NCBI GenBank assembly: GCA_963666835.2
Contig: CAXXGO010000006.1
Coordinates: forward strand, 1,088,001-1,152,000
From: Phycisphaerae bacterium
Lineage (GTDB): Bacteria; Planctomycetota; Phycisphaerae; UBA1845
DNA length: 64,000 nucleotides
Reading direction: 5' to 3'
The notes under the pieces: generated by a model
Told to the model about the DNA's origin: nothing
What the model saw: the letters and a program-made list of their open reading frames with translations, nothing else
Databases searched by the model: none
Shown here: one piece after another, positions 38,339-47,670 of the stretch
Layout of the letters: each line of letters begins with the position of its first letter
Position numbering within the stretch: position 1 is the stretch's first letter
Translations under genes and position numbers: made by a program

Positions 38339-40300
38339 TTAAGCATCTTGCCCGGTTGTCTGCCGCACGAAATCCAGCACTTCCTGAAACGGTACGGATT
38401 GGAATACGCCGAACATGCCATGCCCGCGTAGTTTGGCACGTGTGGTGGCCGGGGACGCGATGCCGCAAAGAAACCGGGCAAGCTGGCGAGGTGTGGCGAG
38501 AGCCTGGTGGCCTTCCGCGCAGAGGTTCTTCAACGAGCCGATCTCCGCCTCGCCGGGGCCGGTGTATTGTGCGGGAGGCAGCGGCTGAGCGGGACTACCT
38601 TCGCAACGGGCGCAATGCCCACAATCGTCGCGCGTCTCGCCGAAGTAGTCCAGGAGATGTCTGGTCAGGCAGCCGTCGTGTGAAGCCCATCGGAGCATGC
38701 GGCGGGTGCGCGCGATGTCGAGTTCCTCCCGTCGAACGAAGCGCGCGCTGAGATTCTCGGCCAAACTCGCGAGGTCACATGACGGCTGCAGGTTGCGGTA
38801 GCCTTGGCGCAGACCCGAGGCCTGAACTACCAGATCGCCTTTTTCTTCCAGATAGCCAAGCGCTTTCATGATGCGGTCTCTGGTTTCGCCGATTGATTGG
38901 CTCACTTGCTCGATGTTCAGAGTGAACCACGTACGACCCTTGCGTGCCTGGCGGAAGATGCTGCGCAGGAAATCGGCGCGGTGCGGGTCGAACGGAGCGA
39001 GTATCTCCTGCGACGACTTCTGAGGCTGGAACTTGAGTTCCGAGTAGAACGGGCCGGTCGACCGGGTGACGTTCTCCAACTCCAGGTAAGCCAGTAACGT
39101 CTGAACGACCAGTGGGCGCACGTCGTGTTTCGACGATAACTCGTAAACCGAAATGTCGAAAACCTCACCGCGCCCCAATAGCTCCGTGACTATTGCTGTC
39201 ACGGCCTCGGGCGTGGGTGTGTCGCCGTACGAGAAGTTCTCGAGCGTTACGACGTCGTCGGCACAGGCTAACAGCTCGCAGGTCGACTCTCCGCCGTCGC
39301 GCCCGGCCCGACCGATTTCCTGCATGTAACTCTCCAACCCTTTCGGCAGGTTGTAGTGGTAGATATACCGGATGTCGGCCTTGTCTACGCCCATACCAAA
39401 CGCGATTGTCGCTACGACGATCATGCGCTTGGATGCCATGAACGCGTCCTGGATCGCGTTACGATTTTCGGTGTCCATGCCGACGTGATAGGCGCGGGCG
39501 TCGAAGCCGAGACCGGACAGGAGATCTGCAACTTCCTCGGCAGTGCGTTGGAGTGTTACATACACGATCGCCGGGCCTAAGGCACGCTCGCGCAGGCGGG
39601 AAAGGAGCAGGTTAGGGCGTTCCGCGGCCGTACACGGTGATACCCGGAGCCTGAGGTTGGGGCGATAGAAGCCGGTATGAACCACGTCCTCCTCTTCGAT
39701 CGCGAATGCCTCAGCGATGTCGCGCGCCACCTCGACAGTGGCGGTGGCGGTAAGGGCGAGGACACGCCCGACATTCAACTGCTTTGCCAGGCGGGCGATC
39801 TTCAGATAGTCGGGGCGGAAGTTATGACCCCACTCGCTGATGCAATGGGCCTCGTCGATGGCCAGAAGTGAGATCTTCCGGCGCCCCAGCGAGTGCAGAA
39901 ACCGTTCGTTGCCGAGTCGCTCGGGAGAGATATACAACAGTCGAAGTGAGCCGGAGTTAAGAGCATCGTAGACCTCGAGGATCTCTTGACGCTCAAGGCT
40001 CGAGTCCAGTCGAGCCGCCGGCACATCATGCGATACCAGGAAGTCCACCTGGTCTTTCATCAGTGCAATAAGCGGCGAGATTACGACGGTGAGCCCGTCC
40101 AGAAGCAAGGCCGGCAGCTCGTAGCACAGGCTCTTTCCGCCGCCGGTTGGGAAAATTGAGAGGACGTTCTTGCCTGCGAGCAGCCGGGTAATGACAGACT
40201 CTTGGCCCTCGCGAAACTCGTCGAAGCCGAATATGCGCTGCAGTGTCTCCCGCGCGCTGGGCGGCGGTGCTTCGTTCGTTTGCTGATCGAGTGTTTGCAT
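38339..40300 (-). CDS. recQ: RecQ-family ATP-dependent DNA helicase
   Basis: FGFDEFREGQ, PTGGGKSLCY, SPLIALMKDQV, IDEAHCISEWGHNFRPDY, ATIAFGMGVDK, QEIGRAGRDG and the Zn motif CGHCARC. Confidence 0.93.
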   Translation of the reverse strand: MQTLDQQTNEAPPPSARETLQRIFGFDEFREGQESVITRLLAGKNVLSIFPTGGGKSLCYELPALLLDGLTVVISPLIALMKDQVDFLVSHDVPAARLDSSLERQEILEVYDALNSGSLRLLYISPERLGNERFLHSLGRRKISLLAIDEAHCISEWGHNFRPDYLKIARLAKQLNVGRVLALTATATVEVARDIAEAFAIEEEDVVHTGFYRPNLRLRVSPCTAAERPNLLLSRLRERALGPAIVYVTLQRTAEEVADLLSGLGFDARAYHVGMDTENRNAIQDAFMASKRMIVVATIAFGMGVDKADIRYIYHYNLPKGLESYMQEIGRAGRDGGESTCELLACADDVVTLENFSYGDTPTPEAVTAIVTELLGRGEVFDISVYELSSKHDVRPLVVQTLLAYLELENVTRSTGPFYSELKFQPQKSSQEILAPFDPHRADFLRSIFRQARKGRTWFTLNIEQVSQSIGETRDRIMKALGYLEEKGDLVVQASGLRQGYRNLQPSCDLASLAENLSARFVRREELDIARTRRMLRWASHDGCLTRHLLDYFGETRDDCGHCARCEGSPAQPLPPAQYTGPGEAEIGSLKNLCAEGHQALATPRQLARFLCGIASPATTRAKLRGHGMFGVFQSVPFQEVLDFVRQTTGQDA

Positions 40301-40458
40301 GTGACACCAATGAAGTGTTCCGGGATCCTCCGTAAGTCACAGATTCTCATGGTATGACAGCATAACGCTCTAGTGTATGTTTGTGCAACCACGCTAGGTA
40401 GGTTTGTCGGGTCACCCCGCCGAAACCCTATCCCCGCTGTACCGGGCGCGTCTCTCTT

Positions 40459-40908
40459 TCAGAACGGAATGTCATTCTCGTAGGATGAGTCCTCCGATGG
40501 CAGGTTCCGTTCGTACAGCTCGAAAAGAGGATACTCCGTCTCTTCCAAGAAGTCGGGGGGCGGCAAATGATCTTCTTGATGAGTATCATGTTGGGAAGGC
40601 GTGCCGGTGCTCGTATGTTCGTGAGTGGCCGGTGGATTGCCGCCTGCTGCAGGCCTTCCATCGCCGGTTTCCTCGGCTTTATTGCGTTGCTTCCGCTGCG
40701 TCTTGGCCAGGCGTTTTTCGTACAGATCGCGAATCCAAATATGCACCGGTGCCTTCCACCGCTCGGTCTTGCTGGGGATGTTCTTGATGAGCTTCCGTGG
40801 GTTCATCCCCAGCTCCTTGGCCATGCGCACCGTTTCCGCGTTGAGGCGACACTTGCGTTTGGCGTCGGCCCACTCCCGATCCCGGGTTGTCTTTTTCTTC
40901 TTTGCCAT
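40459..40908 (-). CDS. Hypothetical protein with a basic N-terminal domain and an acidic tail ending DIPF
   Basis: MAKKKK..WADAKRKCRL..MAKELGMNPRKL..WKAPV..WIRDLYEKR, ending ..SSYENDIPF. Confidence 0.75.
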   Translation of the reverse strand: MAKKKKTTRDREWADAKRKCRLNAETVRMAKELGMNPRKLIKNIPSKTERWKAPVHIWIRDLYEKRLAKTQRKQRNKAEETGDGRPAAGGNPPATHEHTSTGTPSQHDTHQEDHLPPPDFLEETEYPLFELYERNLPSEDSSYENDIPF

Positions 40909-41207
40909 GGTTGCCGATAGCATACCGGTGTGCTGCGGGGTTGGGCAACCACATCCGGCGGATCCTGCCGCTCGCGCTGCCTGTTTCGGGTGCCGTAAGT
41001 GAAACGCGCTGGATCGGCTCTCTTCCGAACGAGTGCTTCAGCACCTGTCCGTCCGCGATTGAGGCTTTGCCGGGCATTGCCGGCGCGTTACGATGTTGGC
41101 ATATAAGGGCCCGCGAGAGGATGACCGCCGTGGGATGGGCTTCGTTTTGTACTTACAGCTTGGCGTGGTCGGGAGTGCCCCAACGCCGCCGCCGGTGGAG
41201 TAGAAGA

Positions 41208-41738
41208 ATGCTCGGCAAATCGCGATTACTGATCGGTGTTGTCACCGTACTGCCGCTCCTGCTGACCGGCTGCAGGTCCGGTGGCAAGAAGCCTGTTACG
41301 CCTGTTGCTCCCGAGTCGTCTTCCGCGACGGCGGCGCCTGATTCCACCGATGGCGTGGAGGTGGTCGAGGAATACTGGCCCAGCGGTAAGCTCCGCCTGC
41401 GCAAGCACGTGCGGAACCTCGCCGGTGAACAACCCCCTTTACATGGCATGTACGAAAGCTGGTACAAGCACGGAGGGAGGGAGTATCAAGCCCGATACGT
41501 CGACGGCCGGAAACAGGGAGTGACGATTCTCTGGCACAAGAACGGAAAGAAGTGGATAGAAGAGAACTACGTGGACGGCCGTAAGGAAGGGGTCCGATAC
41601 GTCTGGGACGCTGCCGGTAACAAAGTGAAGGAAGAGCACTATGCCGCCGGTCGCCCCCACGGGGAGTGGACGGTCTGGAAGGGCAACGGCAAGATCAAGT
41701 GGCGTCAGACCTTCGACCACGGCAAACCCCGCCCTTGA
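41208..41738 (+). CDS. MORN-variant (YwqK-like) repeat lipoprotein
   Basis: Lipobox LLTGC. Repeats HGMYESWY..G, YVDGRKQG..WHKNG, YVDGRKEG and YAAGRPHG. Confidence 0.85.
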   Translation: MLGKSRLLIGVVTVLPLLLTGCRSGGKKPVTPVAPESSSATAAPDSTDGVEVVEEYWPSGKLRLRKHVRNLAGEQPPLHGMYESWYKHGGREYQARYVDGRKQGVTILWHKNGKKWIEENYVDGRKEGVRYVWDAAGNKVKEEHYAAGRPHGEWTVWKGNGKIKWRQTFDHGKPRP

Positions 41739-41844
41739 CGCCTTTGCCGGACCGTCGTTTTGCATCTCCCTGGGAGGGGAATTGTATTTTTATGTATGGG
41801 GACCCTCCGCGCCGTGCAAGAAGGACTGGTGTGGCAATTGAATC

Positions 41845-41873
41845 TTGCGATTGCCGTTCCATCCTGGTAATAT
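41845..41873 (+). promoter_or_regulatory. Candidate sigma70-type promoter for the 42050 gene
   Basis: TTGCGA-N17-TAATAT, overlapped by the inverted repeat GGCAAT-N11-ATTGCC (41833-41855). Confidence 0.4.
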
Positions 41874-42049
41874 AACGCCGCTTGTAGTCCGGCCGAGACG
41901 GGTACGCTCACCGGGAGGGGAGTGGCCGGATATTTACAGGAAGAAGGCGAGGGTTTCCCGTTACACTCCGGCACGTTGCTGCGTGCCCGCTATCCGTCAC
42001 TGATCGATTTGTCCAGGTCCCTCTGGGACCGCCGGCCATCTGAGGGAGG

Positions 42050-45000
42050 GTGCTCGTGACAGTCCGAATAGTTTTCAAGATTGCGGTGATAGGTCTCTTC
42101 TTGACCTCGACGAACATCGCGCAGGCTCAAACCAAGAACGATGATCGGGGCAAAGCCTCTGCGACCAAGAGCGCAGCGAACGAGCTGGGTGCTCCTCCGC
42201 CCGGACACATGGAAGTGCCGAACGATCCGTACCTTCCGGTCTCCCGAGAGAAGCAGGCTACGGGTCCTGCCGGATACTGGAGCCGTGACGGCTACGAAAG
42301 CGTGCAGGTAAACGTAGGACCCGGTGGGGTGAACATCCTGAACGACGCGGCCAACGAGCCATCGATCGCGGTTGATCCCAACGATCCCAATCGCATGGCA
42401 ATCGGGTGGCGGCAGTTCGACAACATTGCGAGCGACTTCAGGCAGGCGGGCTACGGCTACACCGACGACGGCGGACGTACCTGGACCTTCCCCGGTGCGA
42501 TTGAGCCCGGCGTGTTCCGATCGGACCCGGTATTGTGCGCCGACACCGAAGGCGACTTCTATTACAACAGCCTTACCGCGTCCGGCGACCTGAGCGAGTT
42601 CTGGTGCCACGTCTACAAGTCGACCAACGGAGGGGCCACCTGGGACGCCGGGACCTACGCTTACGGTGGTGACAAGCAGTGGATGGTTGTCGATCTGAAC
42701 GATGGAATCGGGCAGAACAATATGTATGCCTATTGGACGCGGTGGTACACGTGCCCGGGTTGCTCCGGGCATTTCACCCGTTCGTACAACGGCGGACAGA
42801 GCTTCCTGCCCACGATCAACGTCGACGGAAACCCGCTGTGGGGCACGCTGGCCGTCGGACCGGACAGCGAACTTTACATCGCCGGGGACGGCTTCACCGT
42901 AACGAAGTCCTCGACAATGTACGACGAGGGCCTGACCCCTCAATGGGATTTCACAAGGACCGTAGACCTCGACGGCAGTATGTCGTCCAGCGGCGGTCCG
43001 AACCCCGGCGGTTTGCTTGGACAGGTCTGGATCGCGGTCGATCACTCCGACGGTCCGAGTCGCGGCTATGTCTATCTGTTGTGCTCGGTGAACCGGTCTT
43101 CAACTTCCGACCCGCTCGACGTCATGTTCTCCCGCAGCACCGACGGCGGATCGACCTGGAGTGCTCCGGTGCGGGTCAACGACGATCCGGAGGGTAACGG
43201 GGCTTACCAGTGGTTCGGCACGATGTCCGTAGCTCCGAATGGCCGCATTGATGTCATCTGGAACGACACGCGGGCGAACCCGGGGACGTATCTCTCCGAG
43301 CTGTACTACTCCTATTCCGACGACGCCGGCGTAACCTGGTCGGTCAACGAAGCCCTCAGCCCCGCGTTTGACCCGCATGTGGGCTGGCCCGTGCAGCAGA
43401 AGATGGGCGACTACTTCGATATGGTGTCGGACGATATGGGAGCCAACCTGGCGTATGCGGCGACCTTCAACGGCGAGGAGGATGTCTACTTCATCCGCAT
43501 CGGCGATCCTTACTGTATGGAAGCCGGCACGGTTGAGGCGAAGCGGAATCGATACTCGTGCGAAGACAGCGTAACCGTCACCGTGCTGGATTGCGGTCTT
43601 AACCTGGACGACGAGACGGTTGAGTTCGTCACCGTGGATGTGGACTCCGACTCCGAGACGGGGGTGGAGCAGATCGTCCTCACGGAGACCGCAGCTTCGA
43701 CGGCTCGGTTCGAGGGTTCGATTATCATAAGTGCCACCGATGCGAGTGGGACGCTGCTGGTTGAAGACGGGGACCTAATCACTGTGACCTATACCGATGC
43801 CGATGACGGGCTCGGAGGGACGAATGTGCCGGTTACGGACACGGCGGCCGTGGACTGCGTCGCCCCTTCGATTTCAAGCATCACGGTAACGGACATCGAG
43901 GCCCACAGCGCCACGGTCGCATTCGATGCCAATGAGCCGGTGCGCGGAACGGTCCGTTATGGAACCGCATGTGCCGCGCTCGGGGAGTCTGCGGAAGGCA
44001 GCGGCTACCATCTGTTTCCGACGGTGAACTTGACGGATCTGCCGGAAGACACGCTGCACTACTTCGCTGTTGATGCGGAGGATGAGGCCGGCAATCCAGT
44101 TACCGACGACAATGGCGGTTCCTGCTACACGTTCACTACTACCGACATTCCCAACTACTTTACGGAGAACTTCGATTCCGCCGCGAACGATCTGGAAAAC
44201 TCGACTCTCGTGTTTACTCCCGATGGTTCGGTGGACTTCTACCACGGATGTGCGGAGCCGATCACGGATGCGCAGTTCCCCACTGATCCGACCGGGGGGA
44301 CTTCGCTGAGTATCGGCGAGGACGACTACGCGACGGTTACTTTGACCGGCGGCGCAGACGTCTCATTGTACGGCACGTCGTACACGACGTTCTACGTCGG
44401 TGGAAACGGCTACATCACCTTCAACTCCGGCGATGACGACTGGGATGAGACCTTGGCGGAGCATTTCAACCAGCCGAGGATTTCCGTGTTATACGACGAC
44501 TTCAGCCCGCAGGACGGCGGTCCGGTTAGCTGGAAACAGCTTGCAGATCGCGTCGCGGTTACGTTCGAAAACGTCCCCGAGTACAACACTTCGGACTACA
44601 GCAACTTCCAGGTGGAGATGTTCTTCAACGGGTCGATCGTGTTGAGCTACCTTGCCGTTGAAGCGGACGACGGAATTGTGGGGCTGTCCAACGGCGGAGG
44701 ATTGCCGGTGGATTACTTCGATACAGATCTTTCCGAGCTGGGAAGCTGTTTCGTCGACTGCAACGAAAACGGGATCCTCGATGCGGATGACATCGCCGGC
44801 GGAACCAGTGAGGACTGCAACAGCAACCTCATCCCGGATGAGTGCGATCTGGCGGATCTGACCAGCTTGGACTGCAATGCCAACGACATCCCCGACGAGT
44901 GCGACATAGCGGAAGGGACCAGCCGGGACACCAACGGCAACATTGTTCCCGACGAGTGCGAGCTGGGGCCGCCTGTGATGCCGGGGGCGCCGCACGATAC

Positions 45001-45559
45001 TCCGAAGAACCGCTACCTGTCCTTCCATCCCAATTGCGCCGACCTTCGTACGGCGTTTCAGGTGGAATTGACCAGTAGCACGCACTTCCCCGGTTCAGTG
45101 GGAGTGGTTGGCTGGGTCGGTTCGGTCGATGAGAACGGCGTTGCCCGGGTGGTGGATGCCCCTTACTACAACCGGAACTGGGAAGAGCTGGTACACCTCG
45201 GTGCCTGCGAGATCGTGCCCGCGGCCTCGTATGCGATTCGGGCCACCGTCGACGGAACCAGTTTCAGCGATGCCCTGGAGATTCCTACTACTTCAGAACC
45301 GAGCCCCAAGAAGTGGGCCGACTGTGTCGGTAGTTTTGATGGCGCAGTTTGGAGCGCGCCGAATGGCGTGGTCAGTATGGATGACATCATGGCAGCGGTT
45401 CAGCGGTTCCAGTCCAGTCCCACGGCCCCGGAGATGACCTGGGTGGACGTGGACGGCGAGGATCCCAACTTCGTATTGAACATGACCGATGTGATGCGGG
45501 TCGTCCAAGGTTTCCAGGGACTGGACTACCCGTTCAGTGATCCGGCGGATTGCCCGTAG
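42050..45559 (+). CDS. Large secreted protein: BNR/Asp-box (sialidase-like) propeller, Fn3/Ig-like domains, DCNxNxxPDEC repeats and a dockerin-like C-terminus
   Basis: Asp boxes YTDDGGRTW, STNGGATW, SYNGGQSF, STDGGSTWS and SDDAGVTWS. Four DCN/DTN repeats at ~44755-44960. Paired Asp/Asn-rich loop-helix motifs at the C-terminus. Confidence 0.85.
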   Translation: MLVTVRIVFKIAVIGLFLTSTNIAQAQTKNDDRGKASATKSAANELGAPPPGHMEVPNDPYLPVSREKQATGPAGYWSRDGYESVQVNVGPGGVNILNDAANEPSIAVDPNDPNRMAIGWRQFDNIASDFRQAGYGYTDDGGRTWTFPGAIEPGVFRSDPVLCADTEGDFYYNSLTASGDLSEFWCHVYKSTNGGATWDAGTYAYGGDKQWMVVDLNDGIGQNNMYAYWTRWYTCPGCSGHFTRSYNGGQSFLPTINVDGNPLWGTLAVGPDSELYIAGDGFTVTKSSTMYDEGLTPQWDFTRTVDLDGSMSSSGGPNPGGLLGQVWIAVDHSDGPSRGYVYLLCSVNRSSTSDPLDVMFSRSTDGGSTWSAPVRVNDDPEGNGAYQWFGTMSVAPNGRIDVIWNDTRANPGTYLSELYYSYSDDAGVTWSVNEALSPAFDPHVGWPVQQKMGDYFDMVSDDMGANLAYAATFNGEEDVYFIRIGDPYCMEAGTVEAKRNRYSCEDSVTVTVLDCGLNLDDETVEFVTVDVDSDSETGVEQIVLTETAASTARFEGSIIISATDASGTLLVEDGDLITVTYTDADDGLGGTNVPVTDTAAVDCVAPSISSITVTDIEAHSATVAFDANEPVRGTVRYGTACAALGESAEGSGYHLFPTVNLTDLPEDTLHYFAVDAEDEAGNPVTDDNGGSCYTFTTTDIPNYFTENFDSAANDLENSTLVFTPDGSVDFYHGCAEPITDAQFPTDPTGGTSLSIGEDDYATVTLTGGADVSLYGTSYTTFYVGGNGYITFNSGDDDWDETLAEHFNQPRISVLYDDFSPQDGGPVSWKQLADRVAVTFENVPEYNTSDYSNFQVEMFFNGSIVLSYLAVEADDGIVGLSNGGGLPVDYFDTDLSELGSCFVDCNENGILDADDIAGGTSEDCNSNLIPDECDLADLTSLDCNANDIPDECDIAEGTSRDTNGNIVPDECELGPPVMPGAPHDTPKNRYLSFHPNCADLRTAFQVELTSSTHFPGSVGVVGWVGSVDENGVARVVDAPYYNRNWEELVHLGACEIVPAASYAIRATVDGTSFSDALEIPTTSEPSPKKWADCVGSFDGAVWSAPNGVVSMDDIMAAVQRFQSSPTAPEMTWVDVDGEDPNFVLNMTDVMRVVQGFQGLDYPFSDPADCP

Positions 45560-45644
45560 GACCGACGAGGCCAATAGTACTAACCTTGGCAGACGAGACG
45601 AGAGAGTCCTCTCTGATCTGATGTGCGGACTGCCTCCCGTCCGA

Positions 45645-45912
45645 GTACGCCAACGGCGTTCCGTCCTCCAGCCCAGGGTTGCCGCGCAGCGGCTACCCTG
45701 GGATTACGGTCAGATGGGAGACCTACCCTGACGGGGTTGCGGCGTGGTGGCGAGACCTTCGAAGCCGATTGTAGTCGACGGTGTGTGGCCATTCGGGCAA
45801 TCTCTGACAATGTCCGCCGACCCTTCGGGACGGGAGCACGTGGGGAGCGATCTCACCGACGGGTTCCGCTTCGCTCCACCCGTGGCTACTCGCCTTCGTC
45901 CCTTCGGGACGA
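45645..45912. repeat. Palindromic repeat modules related to 421-630, between convergent genes
   Basis: ACGCCAACGGCGTT..AGCCCAGGGTTGCCGCGCAGCGGCTACCCTGGG..ACCCTGACGGGGT, then ACGGGTTCCGCTTCGCTCCACCCGTGGCTAC..GTCCCTTCGGGAC. Confidence 0.75.
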
Positions 45913-45967
45913 GTTACCGCACGATTGCCTAACGAAGTTAGTACCATTGGGCTCAGCCCGACGCAAA

Positions 45968-47203
45968 CTACTGGGCGGCATTGATCAGCACGGGACCGCC
46001 CGGACATGCCGGCCGGCTGTCGGCCGAGCTTGTGGCCTTGTCTCCCCAGTTTGTGCCGCAGCCCATGCCCGTTGATACGCGTCCGTACCCGTTCCATGCG
46101 AGCCCGGTGAAGATCCCCTCGGCCGGGAGGGTGTCGATCTGCCAACCGTCCCCGCGGATGATTATGCAAGCCGAGGTGTTCTGCCGTTCCGGATCGTCGG
46201 GGAAGACCAGTTCAATCCTGTAGTGCTGGGAATAACCGGCGCTATCCTCCGTACCCTCGATGAACACCTTCTGCGTCGCCACATGCCCGTCAACAAACGC
46301 GCGGTTGAACGTCCAGTTTCTGCCGTGCCAGCCGCGAACCGCCTTCGTGGGGCCGGGGTCCACGGCGAGGCCGGGTATGGTGCTCTCGCATTTTGGTGCC
46401 ATATTCCTGCAATTCCACGCGAACCGGCCGATGTTCTCCTCGTACCTTATGGTCCGCGCAGGATTCGGAACGCGCGATACGGGACGCAGATACGGTGAGT
46501 TGCTGTAGACCGGACCACCGCCTACGTACGAACTGCAGAACGTATTCGCAGAGAAGCTGGTACCGAAGTGATCGTAAGACGAACGGTTCGGGTTCGCTAT
46601 CCAACTCGGACAGTGAGCCCCGCTGGGAGCGCCGTCGTCGGCCGGACAGCGATAGGCATCTAGCGACAACTTCGTGTCGCTCGTACATCCGTTTCGGTCC
46701 CACCCTGTTGAGGTGTTAAGACTGTCCTTGAAGCCCAGCGGATACAGAATCGAATTCAATGGCCTGGTCGACGGCCCGAACCCGGCCTTGGTGCCGTACC
46801 TGCTGGTCAGATAGGCGTAGTAACCAGTTGGGCCGATCACGAACCCCGTTGCCCCAATGCCCGACTTACCGCCCCATTCATAGGGCCCAACCCAGACCGG
46901 GTCGTTCGGGTCTTGGCTGAACTGGGTTGCATGAACCGGGATGCTCCACCCGTTCGGATCTTCGGCAATGTATATCCGGGTCGCCTGGCCGATCGTACCC
47001 AGGCGGCTTGTGCATACGCTATGTTTGGACCGGTTGCGGGCAACCTGCAATGACGGACCGACAATCGCAAACAGCAGAATCCCGATCGCCCCGATCACGC
47101 CCAACTCCACCAATGAGAACGCCGGACGATGCGAACGAGGAAGCGGCCCGAAAAGGCCCCCGGAGACCGCCATTCTGCGTCGATAAACCACCCGTGGTTT
47201 CAT
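45968..47203 (-). CDS. Prepilin-type N-terminal / H-X9-DG (DUF1559-like) protein
   Basis: AFSLVELGVIGAIGILLFAIVGPSLQVAR..CTSRLGTIG, YRCPAD and WHGRNWTFNRAFVDGHV. GGAG RBS before the ATG at 47203. Confidence 0.85.
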   Translation of the reverse strand: MKPRVVYRRRMAVSGGLFGPLPRSHRPAFSLVELGVIGAIGILLFAIVGPSLQVARNRSKHSVCTSRLGTIGQATRIYIAEDPNGWSIPVHATQFSQDPNDPVWVGPYEWGGKSGIGATGFVIGPTGYYAYLTSRYGTKAGFGPSTRPLNSILYPLGFKDSLNTSTGWDRNGCTSDTKLSLDAYRCPADDGAPSGAHCPSWIANPNRSSYDHFGTSFSANTFCSSYVGGGPVYSNSPYLRPVSRVPNPARTIRYEENIGRFAWNCRNMAPKCESTIPGLAVDPGPTKAVRGWHGRNWTFNRAFVDGHVATQKVFIEGTEDSAGYSQHYRIELVFPDDPERQNTSACIIIRGDGWQIDTLPAEGIFTGLAWNGYGRVSTGMGCGTNWGDKATSSADSRPACPGGPVLINAAQ

Positions 47204-47670
47204 GATCGCCCTCCAAACAGCAGAACCGCAGCACTTGCATTGATGTACACGAGCTGTTATCATACCAACATCGGAGGCGAGCAGTCAACCATTTGTTGAG
47301 GGGAAACCCCACGATCGGCGATGGTGATTGCTCTGGAAGAACGCGAAAGGAGCCGCGCGCTGCACCAGGGGCGAGGGACCCAAAGTCGGGCGCCCCGAGG
47401 GCACAATCATGGTCGTGTTCTGCGGTTTGACCCGTCTGCCGCGACCGATCAACAGAGTTTGCACTTAGGCGTGTCCGGCTTGGCTCATTCCGAAAGTCTC
47501 CACCGGGAACCGTTCGCTTGCTTGAACGGATCCAACGCCGCGTCAGGGCTCTCGATCGACCGATGGGCTCGGCGGCGGTTGTCCGCCGTCAATCGAGGCG
47601 GGCAGCGTCACGTTTCTCGACAGACTGTTGGATGTGTTTCTTGCCGTCGGCACTGAGGGATCAACAGACC

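Noticed and set aside
41208..41738. Toxin-antitoxin system implied by the YwqK-like repeats
   Set aside because: The gene encodes a lipoprotein with generic MORN-variant repeats and has no adjacent toxin gene.
41968..41985. Sigma54 promoter (CGGCACGTTGCTGC)
   Set aside because: The GG-to-GC spacing is one base short of the required GG-N10-GC.
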